Positions 18,773-27,039 of a stretch of DNA of 64,000 bases are shown in pieces; the first letter of the stretch is position 1, and every line of letters begins with the position of its first letter. This DNA comes from an uncultured bacterium (GTDB taxonomy: Bacteria; Muiribacteriota; Ozemobacteria; Ozemobacterales; Ozemobacteraceae). A program made the position numbers and the translations under genes. The notes beneath the pieces are model-generated. The model was not told where the DNA came from and made no database searches. It was given only the letters and a program-made list of their open reading frames with translations. The DNA is taken from assembly GCA_964389325.1 (NCBI GenBank), contig CAYMEN010000006.1:84357-148356 (forward strand). The letters run 5' to 3'.

Positions 18773-18819
18773 TGGCAGACCATCTTCGCATGCGAATGAA
18801 CGATCTGGAGAAAGCCCCC

Positions 18820-19428
18820 ATGAAGAAGTTCTTTCGAAATTCCGTCTTCCAAGTCTTGTCGCTGGTGGTATTCCTGATGGTTTGCGCAACGCCAGCACAA
18901 GCCCAGCTGGCGAGTGAGCCGACGTTCGACCTCGAACTGGTCGACATCTACGCCGACTTTTATCCCGACAAATATATAGCCGACGTCATAAGCATTCTGT
19001 ATCTGACCTGCAACGGCTCGGATCCCGTCATTCTCCGCTGCCAGGGCAACATCCACCATCTCGAGGTCATCGGCCGGAACCAGCAGAACGTGAGTTGGGT
19101 TTACCGCCCGCCCTACATCCACCTCGACAACCTCGCGACCGGCCAGCGCGAGGTCGAGTTTCGCTTCCGAGTCCGCCACGACGGCTCCTCCCCCGGCGGC
19201 GGCACCATCGCAACCAACCTGCTCGACCTCAACCCCGCCGTCTTCTGGTATCCCCGCCAGAACGCCTCCGACCCCCACCAGGTGATCCTCAACCTCGAAA
19301 CCCCCGCCGACTCCGAGGTCTCAACGAACGGCACCCTCCAGCGCGACCTCCCCAACAACACCCGCCGCCTCCGCACCTGGATCGTTTCGAAGCCTACGGC
19401 GGAAGGCATCACGTTGAAAACGCCCTGA
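18820..19428 (+). CDS. Secreted hypothetical protein, paralog A1 (intact copy).
   Basis: Start MKKFFRNSVFQVLSLVVFLMVCATPAQA (signal) with RBS GGAG. The mature region from AQLASEPTF onward is about 93% identical to the pseudogene at 21640-22160. Confidence 0.6.
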   Translation: MKKFFRNSVFQVLSLVVFLMVCATPAQAQLASEPTFDLELVDIYADFYPDKYIADVISILYLTCNGSDPVILRCQGNIHHLEVIGRNQQNVSWVYRPPYIHLDNLATGQREVEFRFRVRHDGSSPGGGTIATNLLDLNPAVFWYPRQNASDPHQVILNLETPADSEVSTNGTLQRDLPNNTRRLRTWIVSKPTAEGITLKTP

Positions 19429-19733
19429 TTTCATCGGAGTTGGGGAAAGGAGTCATGGAAGGAATCCTTGTTTTGAGACATGCGGCACCGGACAGAAAGG
19501 CCTGACGGTCCCTCGAGAATAATGGAAGCCACATGCCACGCTTGAAATTGCAGCCAAAGTCCAGTACGTTCAATCATTCTCTGCCATTGAAGTGAAAGGA
19601 GATTTGACGCTCATGGAATTCGCTCTGAAAATTACTTCGCTTCTCATTGCAATAGCCTTTTGCTCTTTGCGGGGTTGCCTGGGTATTCTTCGTAGCCCCC
19701 GATTTTACATGCGAGTATATTCAAAAGGGCGAA

Positions 19734-20405
19734 ATGGCGAAATTCAGGATTTCCCTCCTCGGTGGTGGGGTGAACAGAGTTTCAAACGAGGCATTTTACA
19801 AGGGTTGCACCCCAATCCATAGCGCAATCATGAATAACAAAGTGGATTTCCTAAAATTCCTTGTCGAGAAAAAGGCCGACATAAATGCGAAAGTCGTTTC
19901 ATCAGGCAACACGCCACTTCATATTGCTGCGAATGACAACAAAAAAGATCTTGTCGAGTATCTTTTGAAAAAGGGGGCAAATATTGAAGAGACGAATAAC
20001 CGGAGAATGACTCCCCTTCAGCATGCAATCCAAAACAACGGCATTGATGCAGTTCAATCACTCCTGGCCGGTGGTGCTGATGTTTCGATAAAGACCGAAA
20101 CTGGAGAATCATGCCTTCATCTGGCGGCAAAAACCGGGAATGCGCCGTTGATCAAAATATTCCTGGACCGTCGTCTTTCACCAAATGCACGCAACGGCAA
20201 CGAATGGACTCCTTTGTTTTTCGCTTGCGCAGGAGGTCATCTCGATGCGGTTAAGATTCTGGTCGAGAATGGCGGGGATATCAGACATGAGTTTTCCTTT
20301 TATAAAATGGGTGTCGGTGACGTGAAAACCAGTGCTCTAGAATTGGCCAAAAAAGCAAAAAATCCTTCCCTGATAACGTTTCTGCAGAGCAAAGGAGCCC
20401 ATTAG
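19734..20405 (+). CDS. Ankyrin-repeat protein, eukaryotic-like, low-GC (probably horizontally acquired).
   Basis: About five ANK repeats (TPIHSAIMNNKVDFLKFLVEKKADINAK, TPLHIAANDNKKDLVEYLLKKGANIEE, TPLQHAIQNNGIDAVQSLLAGGADVS, SCLHLAAKTGNAPLIKIFLDRRLSPNAR, TPLFFACAGGHLDAVKILVENGGDI). RBS AAAGGG. Just upstream, a small ORF at 19613-19822 in another frame encodes a signal/TM-like peptide. Confidence 0.75.
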   Translation: MAKFRISLLGGGVNRVSNEAFYKGCTPIHSAIMNNKVDFLKFLVEKKADINAKVVSSGNTPLHIAANDNKKDLVEYLLKKGANIEETNNRRMTPLQHAIQNNGIDAVQSLLAGGADVSIKTETGESCLHLAAKTGNAPLIKIFLDRRLSPNARNGNEWTPLFFACAGGHLDAVKILVENGGDIRHEFSFYKMGVGDVKTSALELAKKAKNPSLITFLQSKGAH

Positions 20406-20495
20406 AGCCAAATTTGTTCCTGTCACTCAGGTGTTTTTTTCATCATCTGACGCTAACTCATTCGAGATGGAATCGCCTTCATCAACCGTCACCTT

Positions 20496-21053
20496 GTGGG
20501 GGACACTATCATGAATAAATCTGTTACCTCGTTGATCTTCGTCGTGATTTTTTTAAGTTTCAAAATGTATGGTGCCTGGCAAAGCAACAAGGCAGATGAA
20601 ATCATTCATTACCAGGATTCCCTGATCCGCAACATCCAATCCAACGCTCCTCAGATCGAAACATTTTTCACAAGCAGCTTTCAGCAGCTGTCGACAGGCC
20701 GGCTACCATCAACATCGCTGAGACAACAAATCAAAGAAATTGAAAATCAATATCAGAAGCTCATCGACGAGGGCTCCAAGATCAAAATTCCCAGGGGCCG
20801 AACCCCCAGGGAGCTCCTCAATGCATATCGCGAGTTTTTGATAACTGAGCGGAAAGACATCGTAAGCCGGATGAATAAAATCGTTCAAATCATCGAGACT
20901 CCTCATGGGAGTAAGATGACAAAAGGAGAGGAAATACAAAAGCTGATCAAGGAAGGATCTGATGAAAGCGAGCACTTTCCGGATAAATTCCGGGAGATCC
21001 AGCGAAAACTGGCAGCAGAATATGGATATCACCTGGAAAAAGCCTTGGATTAA
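20496..21053 (+). CDS. Hypothetical protein with an N-terminal TM helix and low-GC codon usage.
   Basis: MNKSVTSLIFVVIFLSFKMYGAW, then a charged helical region. The only support is ORF length and its position in the low-GC island. Confidence 0.4.
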   Translation: MGDTIMNKSVTSLIFVVIFLSFKMYGAWQSNKADEIIHYQDSLIRNIQSNAPQIETFFTSSFQQLSTGRLPSTSLRQQIKEIENQYQKLIDEGSKIKIPRGRTPRELLNAYREFLITERKDIVSRMNKIVQIIETPHGSKMTKGEEIQKLIKEGSDESEHFPDKFREIQRKLAAEYGYHLEKALD

Positions 21054-21198
21054 CGCGATTTTCACCAGGGCCATATCAGGCTGTGGATAATATCGTTTCC
21101 GGTCATCCTGAGGTATCGAAGGGTGACCGGAAACTCATGAACAGGCTTGTTCGTGGTTCGATACCTCACCACGAACGGAAATCGTGATTTAATCCACA

Positions 21199-21555
21199 GG
21201 CTGATTCTTTCTCGTCTCCGCCGCCTTCCTGCCCCTTCTGCTTCTCGCCAGGGTGCCGGTCTGGCCTGCGCCCGACGTCTGGCCGCGCCTGTTCGTGCTC
21301 GGCTTCATCGTGTCGGGCTTCGGCTACTACACGTTTTTCCAGGTTCTCCGCGAACTGCCCGCCGGCCGGGCGAGCCTGCTGTTCTTCGCCAAGCCGCCCG
21401 TCGCCATCCTTCTCGCCTGGCTCCTGCTGGGCGAGACCCTCACCCCGCCCGCCATGGCCGGCACGCTTCTCGTCATGGCCGGCATCCTGCTCGACCGTCG
21501 CATGAGGCCCCAGGCCCCGGCCCGATCATTTCCGCCACCGGAGGTTTCCCGATGA
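21199..21555 (+). pseudogene. 3' fragment of an EamA transporter gene, a duplicate of 17665-18011.
   Basis: It is about 93% nucleotide-identical to the 3' third of the intact EamA gene, with mostly synonymous differences. Homology starts abruptly at about 21196 and an in-frame TGA lies immediately upstream. There is no start codon and no N-terminal two-thirds. Confidence 0.7.
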
Positions 21556-22160
21556 CGTTCTTTTCCACGAAACCGCTCCTGCGCGCTTTGCTGATCCTGC
21601 TTGTCGTCATCGCAGGCACGCTGCCCGCCCGGGCCCAGCTTGCGAGCGAGCCGACGTTCGACCTGGAACTGGTAGACATCTACGCCGATTTTTATCCTGA
21701 CAAATATATAGCCGACGTGATAAGCATCCTGTATCTGACCTGCAACGGCTCAGACCCCGTCATTCTTCGTTGTCAGGGCAACATCCACCGCCTCGAAGTC
21801 ATCGGCCGGAACCAGCAGAACGTGAGCTGGATCTACCGCCCGCCCTACATCCACCTCGACAACCTCGCGGCCGGCCAGCGCGAAGTCGAGTTCCGCTTCC
21901 GCGTCCGCCACGACGGCTACTCCCCCGGCGGCGGCACCATCGCGACGAACCTGCTCGACCTCGGCCCCGCCGTCTTCTGATACCCCCGCCAGAACGCCTC
22001 CGACCCCCACCAGGTGATCCTCAACCTCGAAACCCCTGCCGACTGCGAGGTCTCGGCAAACGCCACCCTCCACCGCGACCTCCCCAACAACACCCGCCGC
22101 CTCCGCACCTGGGTCGTCTCAAAACCCGTCCCGGAAGGGATTACGCTGAAAAGGCACACT
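21552..22160 (+). pseudogene. Paralog A2 of the secreted protein at 18820-19428. It is disrupted by an in-frame TGA at 21979-21981 (TGG in copy 1) and has a divergent C-terminus.
   Basis: It has its own signal peptide (MTFFSTKPLLRALLILLVVIAGTLPARA). From AQLASEPTF on it is near-identical to A1. A1 reads ...NPAVFWYPRQN where A2 reads ...GPAVF*YPRQN. Homology to A1 ends at about 22150. Confidence 0.7.
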
Positions 22161-22397
22161 GAACTTGTAAGTTCGGAATGCATGAGGAGCATCTTACACA
22201 ACTCAATGTCACAAGATCGAAAGAGATGGGGAGTTATATTATCTTATTGATATTCGTCCAAAATCTGAAGAAAAGCAAACAAAAAGGTCGGCGAGTAGAT
22301 CCAGTATTCCTCGCGCGAACGATTCATCTGGACATCACAGACAAGTGGATCATAAGCGGAAAATCAGAGCGAAAGAAGATGCTCCCCGGATTCCCGA

Positions 22398-23645
22398 TCA
22401 CTTGTTTTCGACGGCGTCGTAGACGATGCGGTCGATGTCCTGCTGATACTCCGGGAGGAGTTTGTTCAGGTTATCCTTGCGGTTCTGGACCATGTCTCGC
22501 TGCTTTGCGGCGAGTTTTTCATACTGGTATCGGGCTTCGAGGTTTTTCTTCAGCGCCGGGATCCGTGAGGGATCGACGCGAACCGAGTAGGAGTTCTTGA
22601 CGATGGCGAAGTCGTAGGCGTTGAGGTCGCCCTGCCCCTGATCGCGCTCGTTCCGATAGGCTTCGTAGGCCTTTTCCTCGATCGCCGGCATGAGAAGGGC
22701 ATCTCGAGTGAGCTTCAAAGCGTCGTGGGCTTCCTTGAAGAAGGTTCGGTAACTGACGAACGATGCGGCCTGGGGAACGAGTTTGCCCACCAGGTCCAGC
22801 GCGGCATCCGTCGCCTTGTCGTTCGTATCGCCGGCCAGGGGATTGAGCTTGTCGTCGAGGTAGGCCATCAGCTTTTCCCAGTCGACCCAGCCGGTTTCCT
22901 TGCGCGGGGGAAGCGGGGTGGCGCAGAACTCGTCGTAGCGGCGGACGGCCTCTGCCAGACGGCCGATCCGGAACGCCTGGCCGGGGTGAGCCTGAATCGC
23001 TCGATCGAGGGCGGCATCGGAAACGTCGTTGAGGGGAGACAGCATCCCGCCTTTGACCGTCCGGAGAAACGCGATCAGCGCCGCATTGCCGGAAGGGGCG
23101 GCCTCTCCGCCCGCCACCGCGTTGCGGATGGTTTCATCGGGAATCACCCTGCCCCCGTTGGATGAGTACTGAAACACCCGCCGGCCTTTCCGGCAGAGGA
23201 ACTGGGCATCCTTCGTGCTCCCATAGGTGGCGGTTCCCTTCATTCCCTCGTCTCCGCAGGCGAATGGCCCGAGAGACCCGCCGGCATACTTTTCCGTCAT
23301 GCCCTTCAGACTTTCCAGGTAGTAGTCGTGGGCTTCCTTTTCATCGGGCATCTCCGTGATCGTGCCCGTCAGGAAGCAGTAATTTCCCGGAATGATTGAA
23401 GGCCCGTCATTGGTACAACCCTGGAAGCCATTGTTGTCGGTGATGAAGGAAACCGCCGTCATTCCAGCCGGATGTTTGAAAATCTGCGTTATCTGCTTCG
23501 CGCCGAGATCGATCACATGCGCCTGGAACTCGGCCGGGCAAGCCCCGGCATTGGCATACGAGGCGCGCAGATCGAGGGAAAAAGCCGGAAGGCCGCTCAT
23601 TCCGAGGCCAACGCAGAGTATCAGGGCAGGGAGTCGTTTCCACAT
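22398..23645 (-). CDS. Secreted hypothetical protein of 415 aa.
   Basis: Start at MWKRLPALILCVGLGMSGLPAFS (signal) with RBS GAGGAG 9 nt upstream. The longer ORF start at 24047 would overlap the upstream gene. Confidence 0.55.
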   Translation of the reverse strand: MWKRLPALILCVGLGMSGLPAFSLDLRASYANAGACPAEFQAHVIDLGAKQITQIFKHPAGMTAVSFITDNNGFQGCTNDGPSIIPGNYCFLTGTITEMPDEKEAHDYYLESLKGMTEKYAGGSLGPFACGDEGMKGTATYGSTKDAQFLCRKGRRVFQYSSNGGRVIPDETIRNAVAGGEAAPSGNAALIAFLRTVKGGMLSPLNDVSDAALDRAIQAHPGQAFRIGRLAEAVRRYDEFCATPLPPRKETGWVDWEKLMAYLDDKLNPLAGDTNDKATDAALDLVGKLVPQAASFVSYRTFFKEAHDALKLTRDALLMPAIEEKAYEAYRNERDQGQGDLNAYDFAIVKNSYSVRVDPSRIPALKKNLEARYQYEKLAAKQRDMVQNRKDNLNKLLPEYQQDIDRIVYDAVENK

Positions 23646-23816
23646 GTCCGGGGCTCCTCTCTTGTTCCATCTTGTTCTGTCGGAAACAGCGCGATCATAC
23701 CGCTTTTCTGCGGGAGGAGTCCAGCGAACACGCGCATGGCGCCCCCGCATTTCAGGCACAACGAGAGAATCAATTTCATTCACGGAAATATTCGCATCAA
23801 TACAGTTCCAGAAAGC

Positions 23817-23847
23817 CGAAAGCCCCCGAGACATCCGGGGGCTTTCG
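23817..23847 (-). terminator. Intrinsic terminator for the minus-strand gene 23879..24802.
   Basis: Stem CGAAAGCCCCCG, loop AGACAT, then CGGGGGCTTTCG: a perfect 12-bp stem followed on the minus strand by UUUCU. Confidence 0.6.
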
Positions 23848-23878
23848 GGAACGAACCTTAAAAGAACCGCTTCCGCAC

Positions 23879-24802
23879 CTATCGCCAGAGAGAATCGGTG
23901 GGAACGGGGCGGTCGCTGACGTCGAGGTAGAGGCCGACGGCGTTTCCGCGGCGGACGAAGCGGCAGGGCTTTCCGAGGAGGGTCGTTTCCGGGTTCGAGC
24001 CGTGAAGCTTGTTGAAGCGGGCCTTTTCGGCTTCTTTGCCGAGCCATTCGAAGATCATCTGTGGATCGTAGAGGGCGAGTTCACGAGCGGGCTCGCCCGG
24101 CTTTGCCCAGCGGGCCGAGGTCGTGAATTTCCCGAGGGAGACGGTTTTCCCCGTGAGAGGGCCGCCGATCAGGTCGAGAGGGATGTTGACGCGCCGGATC
24201 CACTGCTGGTTCATGACCGGATCGATGAGATTGGTGATGTCGAGAAAGCTCATCGCGAAGGCGGAACAGCCGGCGCCCAGGCCCTTCCTGGGCTCGTTGA
24301 GGCCGTTGTAGATCTTGTCGTAGCCGCGGGCTTTATATTCGGTCAGATATTTTTTCATGCGGGCGTACTGCGCCTGGCTGATGCGGAACCGGAAAAACGC
24401 CACCCTGCCGGTTTCATACCGTCCCTTCAGCTCAGCGTCAAGCTTCTGCGAAGGGTCGAAAGCCCCCTGCATCGGCGCGAACAGCAGGCCGAGCCCGTAT
24501 CCCTTCTTCGTGATGAAATCCACGTCGGGAGGAGCATCGGGAGCGGTCGTCATTCCCGTGATATCACGGGTGCCGTCGGTGCCGATGAGTTCCATGAAGC
24601 AGTGGCCGATCGTATGCTTGGCCTTTCCGTGCTGGAAGGTTAAACGCCCCTTGACCCCGGCCCCCCAGGCGAGCGTGTAAGGAGTTTTCCAGTTCAGCTC
24701 GGCCGCGGGCGGAAACGAATACAGCACAAACTCCTGAGCCAGACAGGGAGACCATCCCAGGACCATGACGGTCAAAACCGCCAGCAAGAATCTTCGGGTC
24801 AT
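23879..24802 (-). CDS. Secreted hypothetical protein of 307 aa.
   Basis: Start MTRRFLLAVLTVMVLGWSPCLA (signal) with RBS GGAGGAGG. It has conserved-looking His (TIGHCFMEL) and Cys (GAGCSAF) contexts, but the family is unknown. Confidence 0.6.
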   Translation of the reverse strand: MTRRFLLAVLTVMVLGWSPCLAQEFVLYSFPPAAELNWKTPYTLAWGAGVKGRLTFQHGKAKHTIGHCFMELIGTDGTRDITGMTTAPDAPPDVDFITKKGYGLGLLFAPMQGAFDPSQKLDAELKGRYETGRVAFFRFRISQAQYARMKKYLTEYKARGYDKIYNGLNEPRKGLGAGCSAFAMSFLDITNLIDPVMNQQWIRRVNIPLDLIGGPLTGKTVSLGKFTTSARWAKPGEPARELALYDPQMIFEWLGKEAEKARFNKLHGSNPETTLLGKPCRFVRRGNAVGLYLDVSDRPVPTDSLWR

Positions 24803-24987
24803 AGATCCTCCTCCATTCACATGATTTGTACATTATACCCTTCGACCATAGGGGGAAGGGCCTTCTTATTCCTCTGCAGGAAAAATGCTCAGGGGTTTCC
24901 CCTCGAGAACCAGGAGAACCAATCCCCAGATGGCCCTGATGAAGCGGTTTTGTATCCGTGATTCGGCAGAATTCCCGAACGAACTGA

Positions 24988-25512
24988 TCAGCTCCAGTCG
25001 CCCTGGAGCTTGTTGAGGTGGTTTCGGGTAAGGCCGAATGCGGTGTCGACGCAGTCGGAGAACGCCTCGCCTTCGATCGCGCCTCGAAGCAGGACGGCCT
25101 CGAAGATGGCGTCGTTCAGCCGCTGCATCAACGCTTCGTCGTTGCACACGGAGATATGCAGGCCGGAAACGAGCCGGCAGGCTTCCTGCATCAGGGGAAA
25201 CAGTTTCCGGCCCGCCCCATTTCCGATCGTCGTCGCCAGCACATCGAACAGCCTCAGGTGAACCGCCGGAGGAAGCGCGCCCCCGACGGTCTGCAGCACC
25301 TGCGCGGCCATCGTTCGAATATCGGGTTCCTCTTCAGGATTGCCGAGGAGAACGGCCAGGCGCTCCGCCAGTGCCAATTTCCGCTCATCGGAAAAGCTTC
25401 GCCAGAGACTGGCACCTTGCCGGAACAGGGAAGCCGCGGCATCGGTCCGCTCATCCCGGCTTCGCTTTCCGTCGGTGAGAATGTCGAAAACAGTTTCGAC
25501 CTCCACGGTCAT
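24988..25512 (-). CDS. Hypothetical protein of 174 aa.
   Basis: RBS AAGGAG 7 nt upstream. No recognisable domain. Confidence 0.5.
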   Translation of the reverse strand: MTVEVETVFDILTDGKRSRDERTDAAASLFRQGASLWRSFSDERKLALAERLAVLLGNPEEEPDIRTMAAQVLQTVGGALPPAVHLRLFDVLATTIGNGAGRKLFPLMQEACRLVSGLHISVCNDEALMQRLNDAIFEAVLLRGAIEGEAFSDCVDTAFGLTRNHLNKLQGDWS

Positions 25513-25551
25513 GACCGTCTCCTTTTTATATATTTATTTATATATACTGTT

Positions 25552-26808
25552 TCAGCCGAACCGCAGGGTGTCGTCGCGGGGGTAGGTGAGGCGCGTCCCG
25601 TCGAGCTCGTAATATCCGTCGGGCTTTTCGCACAGGAGGGCATACTCGGACCGGCCGGTCCACCCGTGGCCCGAAGAGCGGACCGGGTTCTGCGCGAGGT
25701 ATGTCTCGGCTTCCCGGAGCGTGTCGAACCGTTTCACGACGGAGACCGCGTCGATCATGCCCTGGCAGACATCCAACAGGACCAGCACGACATCGCGGGT
25801 GCGTTCCGGGTCGAGCGGCTCCTTCGGCGCCGGGTGAAGGAGGCGGGTCCACTCCTCGCGTGAAAACTCCAGCCCCTCGGGAAACGCGAGGCAGAAGCAT
25901 CCCCAGAACGGGATGGTGGTGACGGTCGGCATCTCGCGCGCGAAGATCTCCTCGAGCCTGCGCATGGCTTCCTTCTCGGTTGGAAACCGCGTTCGGACTC
26001 GGTCCCACGTGTTCTTGAGCGTGTGGCACATGCTGTCCCAGGAGATGTAGCGAACATGGAGACAGTGCTTCACGAGCGGTGCAAAGGGAAGAATGGCCGC
26101 AATGATCGCGAACCGGGGCGTTCGCGAAGGCTGAACCACGGCCACGGCTTCCAGGCATTTCGGGAGCCAGTCGTCGCGGTCGATGAGCCGATTTTTCGCC
26201 ACGACCAGCTCGCGCGCAAGCTGGAACGCCTGCACGCCCGTCGTCAGGCCGGCAGCCGGAGCGATAGCAGATACTGCCGCAAGGAAGCCCTCCGGCTCGA
26301 CGTCAGGATTGTCGGTGAGAAGGGGCAGAAGCGCCGCGAACGCCTCGATATCACGCACCTTTCGCAGGAACGGTTCGAGCTTGGGAAACGCCGCGCTCAG
26401 GGCCTTCAGAAGAGGGTTATCGAGGCAGGCAACGAGCCTGCCCAACAGGTGAGGCTCTCTCTGCACCTGCTCGGCGAAGACGGACTTCGCCGGAAAAAAA
26501 TCAGCGGCCGCCTTTTCCGGGGCCGTCACAGACGCGGCATAGCGCATGAGAATCGCGTCGGGCAGCTTTTTCCCGAGCAGTTCCGCATGCGCCTTCGCAT
26601 CGAGCAGAATGGCCCGGAGGGCTTTCAGGTCGGGAACGGAGCGCAGGATTGGCGCCAGCAGACCGGCATGAACCTCGAACAGCCGCGCGCCCAGCTCCTT
26701 CCCGTCGCGATCGAGCAGGAAGCTGCCCAGGAGGGGGAAATCATCGACACGGGTCGTCTTCCGGTACGATTCAACCAGTGTTTCCAGCTCTGACACGTGA
26801 TGTTCCAT
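25552..26808 (-). CDS. Hypothetical protein of 418 aa.
   Basis: Long ORF co-directional with neighbouring genes. No recognisable domain. Confidence 0.55.
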   Translation of the reverse strand: MEHHVSELETLVESYRKTTRVDDFPLLGSFLLDRDGKELGARLFEVHAGLLAPILRSVPDLKALRAILLDAKAHAELLGKKLPDAILMRYAASVTAPEKAAADFFPAKSVFAEQVQREPHLLGRLVACLDNPLLKALSAAFPKLEPFLRKVRDIEAFAALLPLLTDNPDVEPEGFLAAVSAIAPAAGLTTGVQAFQLARELVVAKNRLIDRDDWLPKCLEAVAVVQPSRTPRFAIIAAILPFAPLVKHCLHVRYISWDSMCHTLKNTWDRVRTRFPTEKEAMRRLEEIFAREMPTVTTIPFWGCFCLAFPEGLEFSREEWTRLLHPAPKEPLDPERTRDVVLVLLDVCQGMIDAVSVVKRFDTLREAETYLAQNPVRSSGHGWTGRSEYALLCEKPDGYYELDGTRLTYPRDDTLRFG

Positions 26809-26984
26809 GATCTATCGCAACCTCTCTTTTCATCCAGTCTATCTCGATATTCTCCATCCTGTCGAAACGCCGCTCAAAAAGAGCAAACTCAGGGATTTGC
26901 CATTCGATGTCCGGGGAAGTCGCATGCCTGGCTCATCGTGAAATCAGGTATCACGTCCCTGGATTTCCTCGATTTCGCGTCCAT

Positions 26985-27022
26985 CGGAAAAATCCCCCGC
27001 CTGGTCCAGGCGGGGGATTTCG
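26985..27022 (-). terminator. Rho-independent terminator of the S8 protease gene.
   Basis: AATCCCCCGCCTGG-TC-CCAGGCGGGGGATT is a 14-bp stem. On the minus strand it is followed by UUUUUCC. Confidence 0.75.
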
Positions 27023-27039
27023 ATTCGGAGAGGCCTGTG

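Larger units (their letters stand above)
19430..21200. other. Low-GC island (~45% GC versus ~67% flanks) carrying two genes, bracketed by the duplicated blocks.
   Basis: There is an abrupt compositional shift. The island holds an ankyrin-repeat gene and a TM hypothetical gene written in AT-rich codons. No integrase or transposase was found. Confidence 0.5.

Noticed and set aside
21149-21176. Hairpin GTTCGTGG-(12 nt)-CCACGAAC, considered as a tRNA fragment or att site at the edge of the duplicated block
   Set aside because: No tRNA-like T-loop or anticodon-arm features are present. It is a simple 8-bp stem that could arise by chance. It may act as a weak terminator but the evidence is insufficient.
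21979-21981. TGA inside paralog A2 read as Trp (alternative genetic code) or as selenocysteine
   Set aside because: TGA is used as an ordinary stop throughout the window, no SECIS-like context is apparent, and alternative codes that reassign TGA occur in low-GC lineages. A nonsense mutation or sequencing error is far more likely.
23672-24643. 323-aa plus-strand ORF
   Set aside because: Antisense to the secreted-protein gene 23879..24802 and the upstream terminator region, with no motifs.
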